DNA of 64,000 bases, taken from NCBI GenBank assembly GCA_946965045.2, contig OX337229.1, forward strand, positions 5,704,001-5,768,000, given 5' to 3'. Position 1 is the stretch's first letter. Each line of letters starts with the position of its first letter. The DNA is from Epithemia pelagica. Taxonomy: Eukaryota; Protista; Bacillariophyta. The notes under the pieces are model-generated. The model was not told the DNA's origin. It was given only the letters and a program-made list of their open reading frames with translations, and ran no database searches. Below, in pieces: positions 1 through 10,171 of the stretch. A program made the translations under genes and the position numbers.

Positions 1-440
1 ATAAAATGCACATGGCGGTTTGCAAGGCACTCAACACAAAATTTGAGGCCGTGGTCATGGATGGCCGTCTATTGCAAAGATCGCAAGAGCGCGTCAACCT
101 TGCCTGTAAGGTCGCCGAGGTGGGAAACCTGGAGAAAAAGAGCATACGACAAAATGAATGGTTAAAGGGAAAGGCTGCCGATGCTGGTCTAGAGATTGAT
201 GAAGACATGTTGGACGAAGGGTTGTCGGGTGGTGATCGTCGAGATCAGGCGAAATTGAGGGAAGCGCAGAGGGCTCAAGAACAGTTGGCTCGGTTACTGG
301 CGGAGCCATTGAAGACTCAGCGTTATGGAAAGTTCCTTTCCACAAACAGCTCGTTGAAGCAAGAGGTCATGCTGTCCACGCCAAAACTCCAACAACACAA
401 TCTTCCTGGTCGCTCCAAGAAAAAGAGGCGGCGGCGTTGA
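1..440 (+). CDS. DDX24: 3' end of a DEAD-box RNA helicase, DDX24/MAK5-like (partial, begins upstream of window)
   Basis: RVNLACKV..EKKSIRQNEWLKGKAADAGLEIDED..LARLLAEPL resembles the DDX24/Mak5 C-terminal extension; basic tail SKKKRRRR. The helicase core is outside the window. Confidence 0.65.
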   Translation, partial: KMHMAVCKALNTKFEAVVMDGRLLQRSQERVNLACKVAEVGNLEKKSIRQNEWLKGKAADAGLEIDEDMLDEGLSGGDRRDQAKLREAQRAQEQLARLLAEPLKTQRYGKFLSTNSSLKQEVMLSTPKLQQHNLPGRSKKKRRRR

Positions 441-911
441 AAAACATTGTCTGAATGAGACTTGGATGCATACTCGAAGAGTACTGGTGTGTGGTAAGTG
501 GCATCAAGTTGAGATTCTTTCTTGAACATGACAATGACGAATGTTGGTAATTTTGGACTAGAGTCTCTGAATGGAGTTTGTTGACAACGTAACCTCCCTT
601 GGCTGTGTCTGAGTCTTGTTGTTGTTTCCGAGTTGCTGGAATTTTGACGAGCCTATGGACCATGTTTTCTAAATCGTTTCCATCTGTTGTTTCTGTCGTC
701 ACCACAGGTGCTTCATCATCCGGACTGTATCGGGTTCTAGACACACATAATGAGTGTTCACGGCTCTGATCTTTCAGGGAGTGAAACTGAAAGGGCATCG
801 ATTTTTGATCCACGTCGTTGTCGTAAAAGAGTCTACCTAGAGGAGTATGGGTGCTTCCACGCTTGAGGACCCAGAAACTACTCCTACTAGTAGACTAGGT
901 AGTATGCTTGC

Positions 912-1108
912 ACTCGAAAACTCTTTGTCGCTCCGTGTGTGTACTTCGATCTTCGATGTACTTCCAAGAACATCTTCAACCTCAATTATTAAAGCCCCCA
1001 AGCCCAAGAATAGAGTTTCAAAATATTGCGAACAGTCTCCAGGCTTTGGCTAGCAGTCAGAATTACTCGAAAAATCTTTTACTTCGATCTTCGATGTACT
1101 TCCAAGAA
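912..1108 (+). repeat. Intergenic direct repeat with 29-bp core TACTTCGATCTTCGATGTACTTCCAAGAA at 942-970 and 1080-1108, each preceded by ACTCGAAAA.TCTTT
   Basis: Direct sequence comparison. Confidence 0.85.
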
Positions 1109-1345
1109 TCTCATCATCCGCCATTCCAAGCCCTGACGGCCTGAAACTGAAAGATCTCAAAATGCGAACAGTAGAGGATTCATGGATCTTTGGCCAAAAG
1201 GTCAACAAGCAAAAGATACCATTGAAACGATACAGGGACAGGTAAGATCGCTGGTGTTTGTCGATAGGAATCACTCTTGCTCCCTGGGAACGTCACAACT
1301 TACCTTTGTTTGCTTTGCTTTTTCAGTTTTACTGGAACTGCAACC

Positions 1346-2809
1346 ATGAGTCTCGTCTGTATCCTTTGCATTGTTGCGTTGTCCTCTTCGATTGTGGGTG
1401 CCGTTCTGACTGGCGATTGGACAGAGATTGGGACCATTCCAAGTGAAGGCTTTTCGCTCTCCATGTCGGCTACGAGTGGAATAGCCGCAACAGACCAGAA
1501 TATCATTGCTGCAGGTGTGCCCCGGTTGGATACCGTAGCCATTTTTCGTGGTTCGGACACGGACGCTTTCACTCAAGAGTTTTCCATCACGGATGCTACT
1601 CCCAACTCCGAACTGGGACACTCGGTGAGTGTAGACTACACCCATTACTACGTGCTCGTGGGGTCTCCAGGGAAAGCAGGAGCTTCACGGGGTGCGGGTT
1701 CTGCTCGCGTCTTTCGAAGAAACAACGACGGATCGTGGTCGCCTCTATACAACGAGATTGTCAATTAAGATGCAAACATAGCTGGAGACAATGCGCGATT
1801 TGGAGAAGCTGTGGCAGTTGTTGATGGTATTACTATGGTAGTTTGCTCTCCTCTGGACGATCGCTTTCAAGCCGATGCCGGTAAATGCTTGGTATACCTC
1901 GACACGGAGATTCCTGGATCCACTGTCCGCCAGTGGCAGCTCGATCCTACCATTGAAGCACTCAACGACTTTACAGGGCGACAAGCAAACGATCGTTTTG
2001 GTACCTCAGTGGCAGGCCAGAGCTTCCAAGGAACCAAAATTTTCTTGGTTGGTGCTCCGGGAACTGGACCAGGCCGATCCTTTGTTCGACTGATTCAGTT
2101 TTACCCCACCGGCCCTGACGCTCCCCCTGACGCTCCAATCTGGAAGACCAGAATGTCACTGGATGGGCCAACATCGACGTCTCAATGCGGAATGTCGACA
2201 GCTGCCGCCCGAGAGACGGTTGCCTTTGGGTGCCCTGGGTTTGGTTCCAACAACAATGGACGTGTGTACGTGGTTGATTTGGACGGAAATCGATTTGGTA
2301 ACCCGATTGACGGTGCTGACAATGAACAGCTTGGACAAACTGGAACCATTGATATCTCGGGAAACTGTGCGTCCACAATCTTTCCTTGTTTCCTTACAGT
2401 ATCGACGGCTACCTCTTTGGTCAAAAAGTACTGGTTTGCTTCTTGGATTGGCGGTGACTGGGAACTCGTCGAAGCCCCCTTGACGGTCGAGAACCCTGTC
2501 AAAGTTGCCACCAGCCCCAATGTGGAGGATAATCTTCGCACCGTCATTTCCGGTCAACTAAGCAATCCCAATGTTTGCACGGTTCTGGATGTCACCAATA
2601 TTGAGTTTCCGGCGGCTCCTACCGCCAGTCCTACGGTCAGTGCAGCTCCAAGTATTACTCCGACGACTAGCCCTGTACCTTCCGCAAGTCCCACAATGTC
2701 CGCAGAACCCTCCACCCAACCATCTGGCACAGTAGCCGCACACAGTGTCCGTTCTCAAAAGACTGTAGTTGTCGCCGTACTGTGTGGTCTTGTTGCGGCT
2801 GTGTTGTAA
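1346..2809 (+). CDS. Secreted/membrane-anchored FG-GAP-like beta-propeller protein with P/S/T stalk, interrupted by one in-frame TAA (1766-1768)
   Basis: Signal peptide MSLVCILCIVALSSSIVGA; repeats ELGHSVSV..LVGSPG, RFGEAVAV..VVCSP, RFGTSVAG..LVGAPG, QCGMSTAA..AFGCPG; PTASP-type stalk; hydrophobic C-terminus. ORFs 1277-1768 and 1811-2809 are in the same frame. Confidence 0.75.
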
Positions 2810-3132
2810 GTTGTAATGACATGTATGGCTACCAAGTAGCAGCCGAACAAGAACGACGAAAGTAACTTTTCTTTATAGTGATGCATTTTGCCGAGAGTGA
2901 AGTTATGTCGGAGTAGGTCATTGACGTCCATATATGTTGCTTGTCGCAGAGTAATGTGATGATGTTGTAATCGACAAACGAAAGCTTATGAGTAGTCTAC
3001 CTAAAACTTGACGTATAATCTACTAGACATAAATCTGACTTTGGCTCGTGAAGATACCTACCTAGTCAAAGTCAAAAGGTTCTGGAGAGAGATGCATAGT
3101 CTACCTAGTTTAGTTATGTTGGCAGCAAAAAG

Positions 3133-3214
3133 CGACAACGGTGAGATTCGAACTCACGCATGCAATGCACACTGGATTAGCAATCCAGCGCCTTAACCAC
3201 TCGGCCACGTTGTC
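3133..3214 (-). tRNA. trnS-GCT: tRNA-Ser (anticodon GCT), long variable arm
   Basis: Reverse complement GACAACGTGGCCGAGTGGTTAAGGCGCTGGATTGCTAATCCAG...GTGAGTTCGAATCTCACCGTTGTCG: paired acceptor stem, A and B boxes, anticodon stem CTGGA/TCCAG, followed by a T5 Pol III terminator. Confidence 0.97.
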
Positions 3215-3404
3215 ATGGCCGTCGTATTTTCCCTGCATTAGAGGTATCTTCATCTGTATGTGAACGTCGAATATTCCAACTCGCAATTGACAAGACTTGG
3301 TTTTTGTCGAACACCACACAGCGCCGCTGTGGTATCTAATGTCAAGGCAAGCTTCTTCGTTTATATTCGGTGCTTGTTGAAGTACATTAACAAAGAGAGC
3401 AACA

Positions 3405-4821
3405 ATGAAGAGAATCTTCGCCGTATCTGGCGCTGTTGCAGCTTTGGCAAGCGTTGCTCAAGCTGGGGATTGTGGTGATCCCCTCTTCAAGGATTGCTCC
3501 AAACCTCCACCGCTCCCTCCCACCAGCAACAATCTCGTGTCGCAATCCAACATTTGGAGGCGATCCGGGTATTATATGGTCAATGCATTTGACTATGAAG
3601 AAGATTACGAGGATTACACCGAGAAATCCGGACTCGCGTGGCGGTAAGTGTTGTATCGCGGCTCCACAGAATGTTGTGAAACACGACATCTTTTTTCGTT
3701 TCTGACTGCTGCGAGCATGTGGTGAATGCAGAATTCCGTATGTTGGGTACGTTAATCTTACAGTCATTGGATCGCGTTTCTATCAACACGCATATTACAT
3801 CCAAGCTACGACCGGAGTAGGAGGGCGAGACGAGGGTAGAGCATGGTACAGGGAATTGTTTGGGCACAGCAACCGTACCGACTATGAACAAGGTCATGCG
3901 ATTCTCTTGGATGAGCGATTCGAGGGGACCAAAGAGGGGTTCTTTGAGTACCCAGATGGAATGGCAGTTCAAGCAGATTATTCCAGAATCTTGGATATTG
4001 GAAGCTCCAAATCGATTCGACGTACCAAAGCAAGAGTCCCGAGCGCTGATACAGGAGAGGTGACAATCCTGGAAACGCTAACCTGCCAGGAACAAACCGA
4101 ATGCATGGTCTTATATTTCATAGAAGAACGCTTTGATGAATTTGGCAACCGAACTACCTTCTCCTCTGGAACCTATACCAAAATGAGTGAGGATGAGTGG
4201 AAGAAAGGCATTACGGACAATTACAACACCTTGAATATTCCGGCGGCACAGCAAAAGGCTGTACCCAACGATTGTTTGGTCGATGCCTTTTGTGTGACGA
4301 CAAAAGAAATTTGCGACAGTGGCGATCCATTTTGCCGCGAACCAGAGGAAGAAGAAGACGGGGAGCTCCGCAAGGGGGCGATTGCCAGCTTTGTCATTTT
4401 CGGATTCTTTTTCTTGGTGGCGGGCCTGTTTCTTCTATGGATATGGTTTACCATGTACAACGAGAAACGATTTCGGACGGCCTTTATTAGTCGTTTCTCC
4501 GAAGATGTCTCGTTGCAGAAAGCCATGAAAGAGATATCGCCGGAGAACATGACGCGAGAATTCAACTTTATCGACAAGGATCGGAAGGGTTACATTACCA
4601 AAGGTGAACTCTTGAATTATTTGCTCACGGCTAATTTGTCCAAACCCATTGCCGACCGCGACTTTGCCAAGCTCTGGCGGACAATAGATATCAATGGGAA
4701 TGGTAAGGTGGGCTATGCCGAGTTTTGTGCCTTTACCGCCGACTGCTACAAGGAACATTCAGCCATGCGAAGCAATTTGATAGTGGAAGCCAAGAAGGCA
4801 TCTTCGGCTCCGACAATGTAG
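3405..4821 (+). CDS. Type-I single-pass membrane protein with cytosolic EF-hand pair (intron 3644-3731)
   Basis: Signal peptide MKRIFAVSGAVAALASVAQA; GTAAGT...GCAG intron restores the frame (AWR|IPYVGY); TM AIASFVIFGFFFLVAGLFLLWIWF; EF loops DKDRKGYITKGE and DINGNGKVGYAE. Confidence 0.8.
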
Positions 4822-5160
4822 ACGCAGTAGTATGTTTGTGGTATAGATTGAATGTTGGGTTATGTTATCAATATACTCCTACCTACTCCTAGGTCGGTAA
4901 GACGCTGTACTTTGCTATGTTACCTACCTCTTCCGACTGAAAGGTACTCCTATCTTTTTTTCGTTCCTTTTTTTGAATTTCGGTTCTGACGATGAGAAGA
5001 GTCCAAGCCATCCAGAAAAGGCAAGAAGCAGAGAAGCGAACATGTTGTCCAGATAACAAGAAGAACAACAAGTCTCCCAACGTGAACAATAATAACAAGA
5101 ATCATTATATGGACCATTCAAGAAAAACAGTAACCATTTGACGTTTCAAAAGCCACTACC

Positions 5161-7089
5161 ATGCGTTGTCCTCTCTCATTTGGTCTATCGTTCGGGAAAC
5201 GACTCTGTCGGCGACAAACTGCATCCGCGTGTAAGACTTTACCGGCGTGGCTCTTGCGGAGAAGCAATCGATTGCAAGGTATTTGGAGGGCATTCTCCTC
5301 CTCGGTTCCGTCCTTTGTAGGTTCATCCTTGGAGGCCAACTTTGCTTCTCCCTCCAAGCAAGACATTGCGGAATTATCAAGCCTTTTGGACCATGAAACG
5401 GGCAGTATAATGTCCTCGATTGGTGACAATGCCGAAAACAACGAAACCAAGGATTCGGTTTCGCTGATGTTGGATCGCTACAACAAGGACTGGATGAATC
5501 ATTATGTCGGACAATCCCAAGTCGTCTTGCGACCCAGAACGGTGGACCAAGTTGCTCGCATTCTCACCTATTGTGCCTCGCAGCGATTGCCTTTGGTTCC
5601 CCAAGGTGGCAATACCGGTTTGGTCGGTGGTTCCGTTGCCACCGGTCCTAAAGAACTCGTCCTTTCCCTGGAACGGCTCAATCAAATCTATCATGTCGAT
5701 GCCGTCACGGGCCTCTTGTATTGTCAAGCGGGTTGTATCTTGAACGACTTGCAAGAGCATTGTGCAAACCATCACAATTTGCTGGTTCCCCTCGATTTGG
5801 GCGCCAAGGGAACCTGTCAAATTGGTGGCAATGTCGCCACCAATGCTGGGGGTCCCTATTATTATCGCTATGGATCCTTGGCTGCCAATCTGGTGGGTCT
5901 TCAAGTCGTATGGCCCAATGGCGGTGCTGGAAGTCCCAACCAGCCGGAGGCGTCGGTCGTCAATCTCAATTTTTCTCCCACCACCAACCAAAACAACGAC
6001 AAGGAGGAGAAGAAGGACGACGACGCCGACGAATCGGCCAATGTGTCGGAACCAACTACGACCAATACTACCACAACAAGAACAAGTCTTTTTCATTCCA
6101 ATTTAAAAGACAATACAGGATACAAACTGAGTCAGCTCATGATTGGTTCCGAAGGTACGTTGGGAGTCATTACCGGTGTGGCACTCAAATGTCCACCTCT
6201 TCCCTTCAGTCGTCAGGCCGCATTTTTGGCCTGTCATTCCTTTGATCATGTCGTGCAACTGATTCACTTGGCCAAACAGGAATTGGGAGAAATTTTGGCC
6301 GCCTTTGAATGGATGGATCAAACCATTGTCGAATTGATTCAACAGACGCATCCCCATGTACGGGTTCCCGTCACCATGGAAGAACAGGCGGACGACACGG
6401 ATGGTGCTGCGGAACGGCCGTATCCGCATTCCATTTTGCTGGAAACCCATGGATCCTGCGAGGAACATGACATGGAAAAACTGGATGGGTTCTTGACCAA
6501 GGCCATGGAATCCTCCTCACACCACCAACAACAAGAAGGCGGTGACCCGATTGTGGCCAATGGTGTCATGGCCCAAGATTTGTCTCAATTGCACGAGTTT
6601 TGGAATCTTCGAGAATTGGCCGGTCCCTCCATTGTCGAATTGGGCTATGGATACAAGTACGATGTGTCGTTGCCTGTGAGTGAATTTGCCGAGTTTGGCC
6701 GGGACGTCCAACAACATGTCCAAGATACGTTGAAACTGAAACGAGATGATGACGACGACACGACGAATGGTTTGGTGGAACAAGGACCAGCGTTGGTTTG
6801 TACCAATTGGGGTCATGTGTTGGATGGCAATTTGCATTTGAATTTTACGACTCCGGGAGAGTTTCACGTCAATGACAAGGTACTGCAGTGTTTGGAACCC
6901 TACGTCTTTGATCAAGTCCTGGAACGGGGAGGGTCCATTTCGGCCGAACATGGCATTGGTCAAATGAAACGTCCGTACCTGTCTCGAGTGCATGATCCAG
7001 CGGTACTGGCAACCATGCGAGCCTTGAAACAAGTGTTTGATCCAGTGGGGATTTTGAATCCACACAAGGTGCTTCCACCAGCAACATGA
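5161..7089 (+). CDS. D2HGDH: D-2-hydroxyglutarate dehydrogenase-like FAD-linked oxidase with mitochondrial-type presequence
   Basis: PQGGNTGLVGGS, DLGAKGTCQIGGNVATNAGG, IGSEGTLGVIT, YKYDVSLP, WGHVLDGNLHLN, GSISAEHGIGQMK, FDPVGILNPHK. Confidence 0.92.
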   Translation: MRCPLSFGLSFGKRLCRRQTASACKTLPAWLLRRSNRLQGIWRAFSSSVPSFVGSSLEANFASPSKQDIAELSSLLDHETGSIMSSIGDNAENNETKDSVSLMLDRYNKDWMNHYVGQSQVVLRPRTVDQVARILTYCASQRLPLVPQGGNTGLVGGSVATGPKELVLSLERLNQIYHVDAVTGLLYCQAGCILNDLQEHCANHHNLLVPLDLGAKGTCQIGGNVATNAGGPYYYRYGSLAANLVGLQVVWPNGGAGSPNQPEASVVNLNFSPTTNQNNDKEEKKDDDADESANVSEPTTTNTTTTRTSLFHSNLKDNTGYKLSQLMIGSEGTLGVITGVALKCPPLPFSRQAAFLACHSFDHVVQLIHLAKQELGEILAAFEWMDQTIVELIQQTHPHVRVPVTMEEQADDTDGAAERPYPHSILLETHGSCEEHDMEKLDGFLTKAMESSSHHQQQEGGDPIVANGVMAQDLSQLHEFWNLRELAGPSIVELGYGYKYDVSLPVSEFAEFGRDVQQHVQDTLKLKRDDDDDTTNGLVEQGPALVCTNWGHVLDGNLHLNFTTPGEFHVNDKVLQCLEPYVFDQVLERGGSISAEHGIGQMKRPYLSRVHDPAVLATMRALKQVFDPVGILNPHKVLPPAT

Positions 7090-7126
7090 ATGGATGGGAT
7101 GGGATGGATCTACCACAAACAAAGAC

Positions 7127-7227
7127 TTCATGACGGCCGATCGAACGGCCAAACCGGAAAAGCAATGACCATATTCTTCAAAATACGTATCATCCATACG
7201 CCGCAAATCCAACGAGGTCGAGGCACC
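7127..7227 (-). pseudogene. Orphan 101-bp fragment of an HCP gene, inverted relative to the main copy
   Basis: 91/101 identical (manual count) to 26899-26999; encodes LDLRRMDDTYFEEYGHCFSGLAVRSAVM vs LDLRHMDDTYLEEYGHSFSGLAVRSAVM. Confidence 0.9.
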
Positions 7228-8078
7228 TTAGGACTCCTAGCGAGCATTGCGGTATTCTCGTCTCCTCCCAGGTAGAATCCATCCATCCCTCATCCCTCCA
7301 CACAGCGAGCTATCTAGTATAGGAAGGGGAAAACCGACTACTCCCAAGATCCGCTACAGAGTTGGACCAGACACAAGTACCTCTATATTTTTAGAGAGAT
7401 GATTACTTGTCGTCGTAATCGTCCCACAACACAGCATAAGTCGACGAAACAAATTTTTGGACTCCCTTGGGACGCTCTATTCGTAGTTATGTGGATCAAG
7501 AGGAAGAAAAGGTGGCTTTGAAATGCTCAGGTGGTACACAGGAATGAGTCGCCGTGTGCCCATTGTTCGGGGCTGGGTGAGAATTACACACCAGCAAGCA
7601 AACAAGACAACTCCGTTCCATGAGTCTCTACGAAGACGTTTTTTGTCGCATTGTCCACTTTGAGTTGAGATCGGACATGCAAAGAAGCTCGATCCCTCCA
7701 CTAAACCTGATCCATGACATGTTCTATCGTCCTGGTCATCGACCAACCTCTTGTCAATATCAAAATTGAAGGTGGATACCTCTCTAGGTTGGTAGAAACA
7801 TGAACAAGATACGCCTCGAAGCAAGGAGAAAAGGTATGGATAATGGATAGTCTACCCGGAGTTGATCCAACTTTGGGGAGACCTTCAAAAGGGGGGAATA
7901 CCGGATTCCGGATTCATCCCCTTATATGAGGGGGCAGAGGCGCTACAACAACGTACAGGCTGCCAGACTGTTGTCTCGATGGGTACGCATGTAGAATTGG
8001 ATGATGAACTGTCATGTCCTTGTCCGAGGAAAAGTGGTATTGTTCTTTATCGAGACCCGAAGAATGTGATGATGAGAT

Positions 8079-10037
8079 GTGAACATGCCAACCCTCCAAG
8101 GAAAAAGACCTTGGAAGAATCGGTCCCAGCGTCGTCGGCCGAGACAAACTGAGACAACAGCTGAGAGCTCCCTCGAGTTTCGCCGGTTGAAAGGTGGCAT
8201 GAAGCGACGTCGTCGTGATACCCCTGCTGTTGCTGCTGCTCGAACACCAATTGGCAGTGCGGCCAAAGTCCATACGTCCAGAAGCTCTTCCAATATGCAT
8301 GAGGATATAACGAGTGCCATCGAGCAGCAACTCGAGCGTCAACGTCTGCAACAGCGACAGCCGCTTGCAGCAAAACTGAACGATGAGAAAGAACAGGCAG
8401 AGGAGCCTGAGAACACGGAAGAAAATGGGTCGTTCGACGGTCGAACAACGGGTCGTAATTTGGGAAATTATGTCTATGATCCCGAACGAAGAGCCTACTT
8501 TCCGTCGTCTTACTTTGTCAAGAGCCAAACAGAGAGTACACCTTCTGACCCTCATTTCGAACCATATAGAAGTTCATCCAGAGGGAGTGGTTTCTCGTGG
8601 TTATTCTCCAGGCAAGAGACTTTGGGTCGTCGTCAAAGATGGAAACTCACATCATTTGGATGTAGTCACAACTATTTGGAACGCATCCGGCTAACAGAGT
8701 CGGCGTGTGCGTTTCGATCCAAGTCACGACCAAGAACAATGGAGTGGAGTATGCTGTTTGGATCTGTACCAGAGGATAATGTCCACTTTTCCTTTGATGA
8801 TTTAACATGCAAGATCCATCGCCCTCCTTGGCTTCGGACATTCGATGTTTGGACACCAGAAATGGAGACATATCCTTCGACACTAGAGCAGGGTAAACCG
8901 TGCTCTCATATGGAGTTGCAGGTTGCCACAGTCATGGAGGAAGGATGTGAAATACGATCAAGGTTATCAGAGCGTGCAACAAAGCGAGAAGTTGTACCCT
9001 CGTCTTCGAAACCCCAACAATTGCGATACATGAGATTCTCTCAATCTTCGGATTCGATGCCCAACAAACCAACCTTGGCAGTTTTGAGCTCTCAACGGAA
9101 CAGCTCAGCGGTTGACTTTTGCTTTCCGGTTACGGATGATGAACCGGGAGAGACACACTCTCATATGCAGTTGCGTTTCGGTTTTGTGTTCCCTGTCAAT
9201 GACGTGGTGGAAGATGGAACCTCTGGTTTTCTTGTAGCCTCACCCAAACGAGCTCCCTACCATGTCTCGTTTGATTATGGGGTATCCAGACCAAAAATTG
9301 GCAACCTGGTTGCATCCGAAATCCTGTGTATGGAACGCGCCGCGCTTCAGAACCAACATTACTTTGGTCACCGTGACGGAACAGTGAGCTTATACGATGA
9401 ACGCTCACCACTCACTGCGAGTGTCCTTTCCAAATGTAGTGGACCTGTCACCGCCATGGTACCACTGGATGTACTTCAAGAGGGGAAGGAAGGCCACGTC
9501 TTCTTGACACGCACGCAGAATCTCACCACCAATGCTCCATGTACGTTGTGGGATATACGGAAACCCTGTGCGGGTATGGACTTTAGCCTTCCAGTAAACG
9601 CTGTTTCACGACTATCCAATCGATGCAATGGAATGGCAGTGGATCCCCACAGAACAACATTATTTTCGCCGTATGTGGAGGAGTCTCAAAATGACGAGAA
9701 CCCATGTCTAGGAGTTTGGTCCATGATTACTGGAGAATGGGTTGGTCGGCGAAGATTGGCAAGTCCTATATCGAACGAAATTCCAGTCTCGAATGCTGCC
9801 GGTGTTTCATGGGTCGAGCTGTGTCAACGCAAGACAAGTGCCTGGAGGTGGCCCAAGGACAAGGACAAGGACAAAGAACGACCTATTCAGTCCATGGACT
9901 CATCGGAGTACGAACCCTTGCATGAAAGCCATGCCTTTGGTCTGTGGTATAAATGTGGGTTGTCACCATCGGCACACAAACATCCTGGACTGTTGCCACC
10001 AAGATACGCAGGAAACATTCACCAGATTGTAATATAA
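8079..10037 (+). CDS. Divergent WD40 protein, possibly DCAF4/WDR21-like (start may be the MKRRRR ATG near 8199)
   Basis: 652-aa ORF; GNYVYDPERRAYFP resembles the DCAF4 N-terminal motif; WD-like ends FGHRDGTVSLYDER and CTLWDIRK. Confidence 0.55.
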   Translation: MNMPTLQGKRPWKNRSQRRRPRQTETTAESSLEFRRLKGGMKRRRRDTPAVAAARTPIGSAAKVHTSRSSSNMHEDITSAIEQQLERQRLQQRQPLAAKLNDEKEQAEEPENTEENGSFDGRTTGRNLGNYVYDPERRAYFPSSYFVKSQTESTPSDPHFEPYRSSSRGSGFSWLFSRQETLGRRQRWKLTSFGCSHNYLERIRLTESACAFRSKSRPRTMEWSMLFGSVPEDNVHFSFDDLTCKIHRPPWLRTFDVWTPEMETYPSTLEQGKPCSHMELQVATVMEEGCEIRSRLSERATKREVVPSSSKPQQLRYMRFSQSSDSMPNKPTLAVLSSQRNSSAVDFCFPVTDDEPGETHSHMQLRFGFVFPVNDVVEDGTSGFLVASPKRAPYHVSFDYGVSRPKIGNLVASEILCMERAALQNQHYFGHRDGTVSLYDERSPLTASVLSKCSGPVTAMVPLDVLQEGKEGHVFLTRTQNLTTNAPCTLWDIRKPCAGMDFSLPVNAVSRLSNRCNGMAVDPHRTTLFSPYVEESQNDENPCLGVWSMITGEWVGRRRLASPISNEIPVSNAAGVSWVELCQRKTSAWRWPKDKDKDKERPIQSMDSSEYEPLHESHAFGLWYKCGLSPSAHKHPGLLPPRYAGNIHQIVI

Positions 10038-10171
10038 ACATATGCATGCACATAAAGTTACTCCAAGTCAGACCTACTGCCGACAAATCATAGTGTCGTC
10101 GTGCCGACTGCATTCTTCTAATCGAATGTTCTAAGGAGATTGAGAGGAGGGGTGTTGATAATCTACGGAAA

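Noticed and set aside
367-813. 148-aa minus-strand ORF overlapping the DDX24 3' end
   Set aside because: No motif, and it overlaps a real gene; probably UTR or chance.
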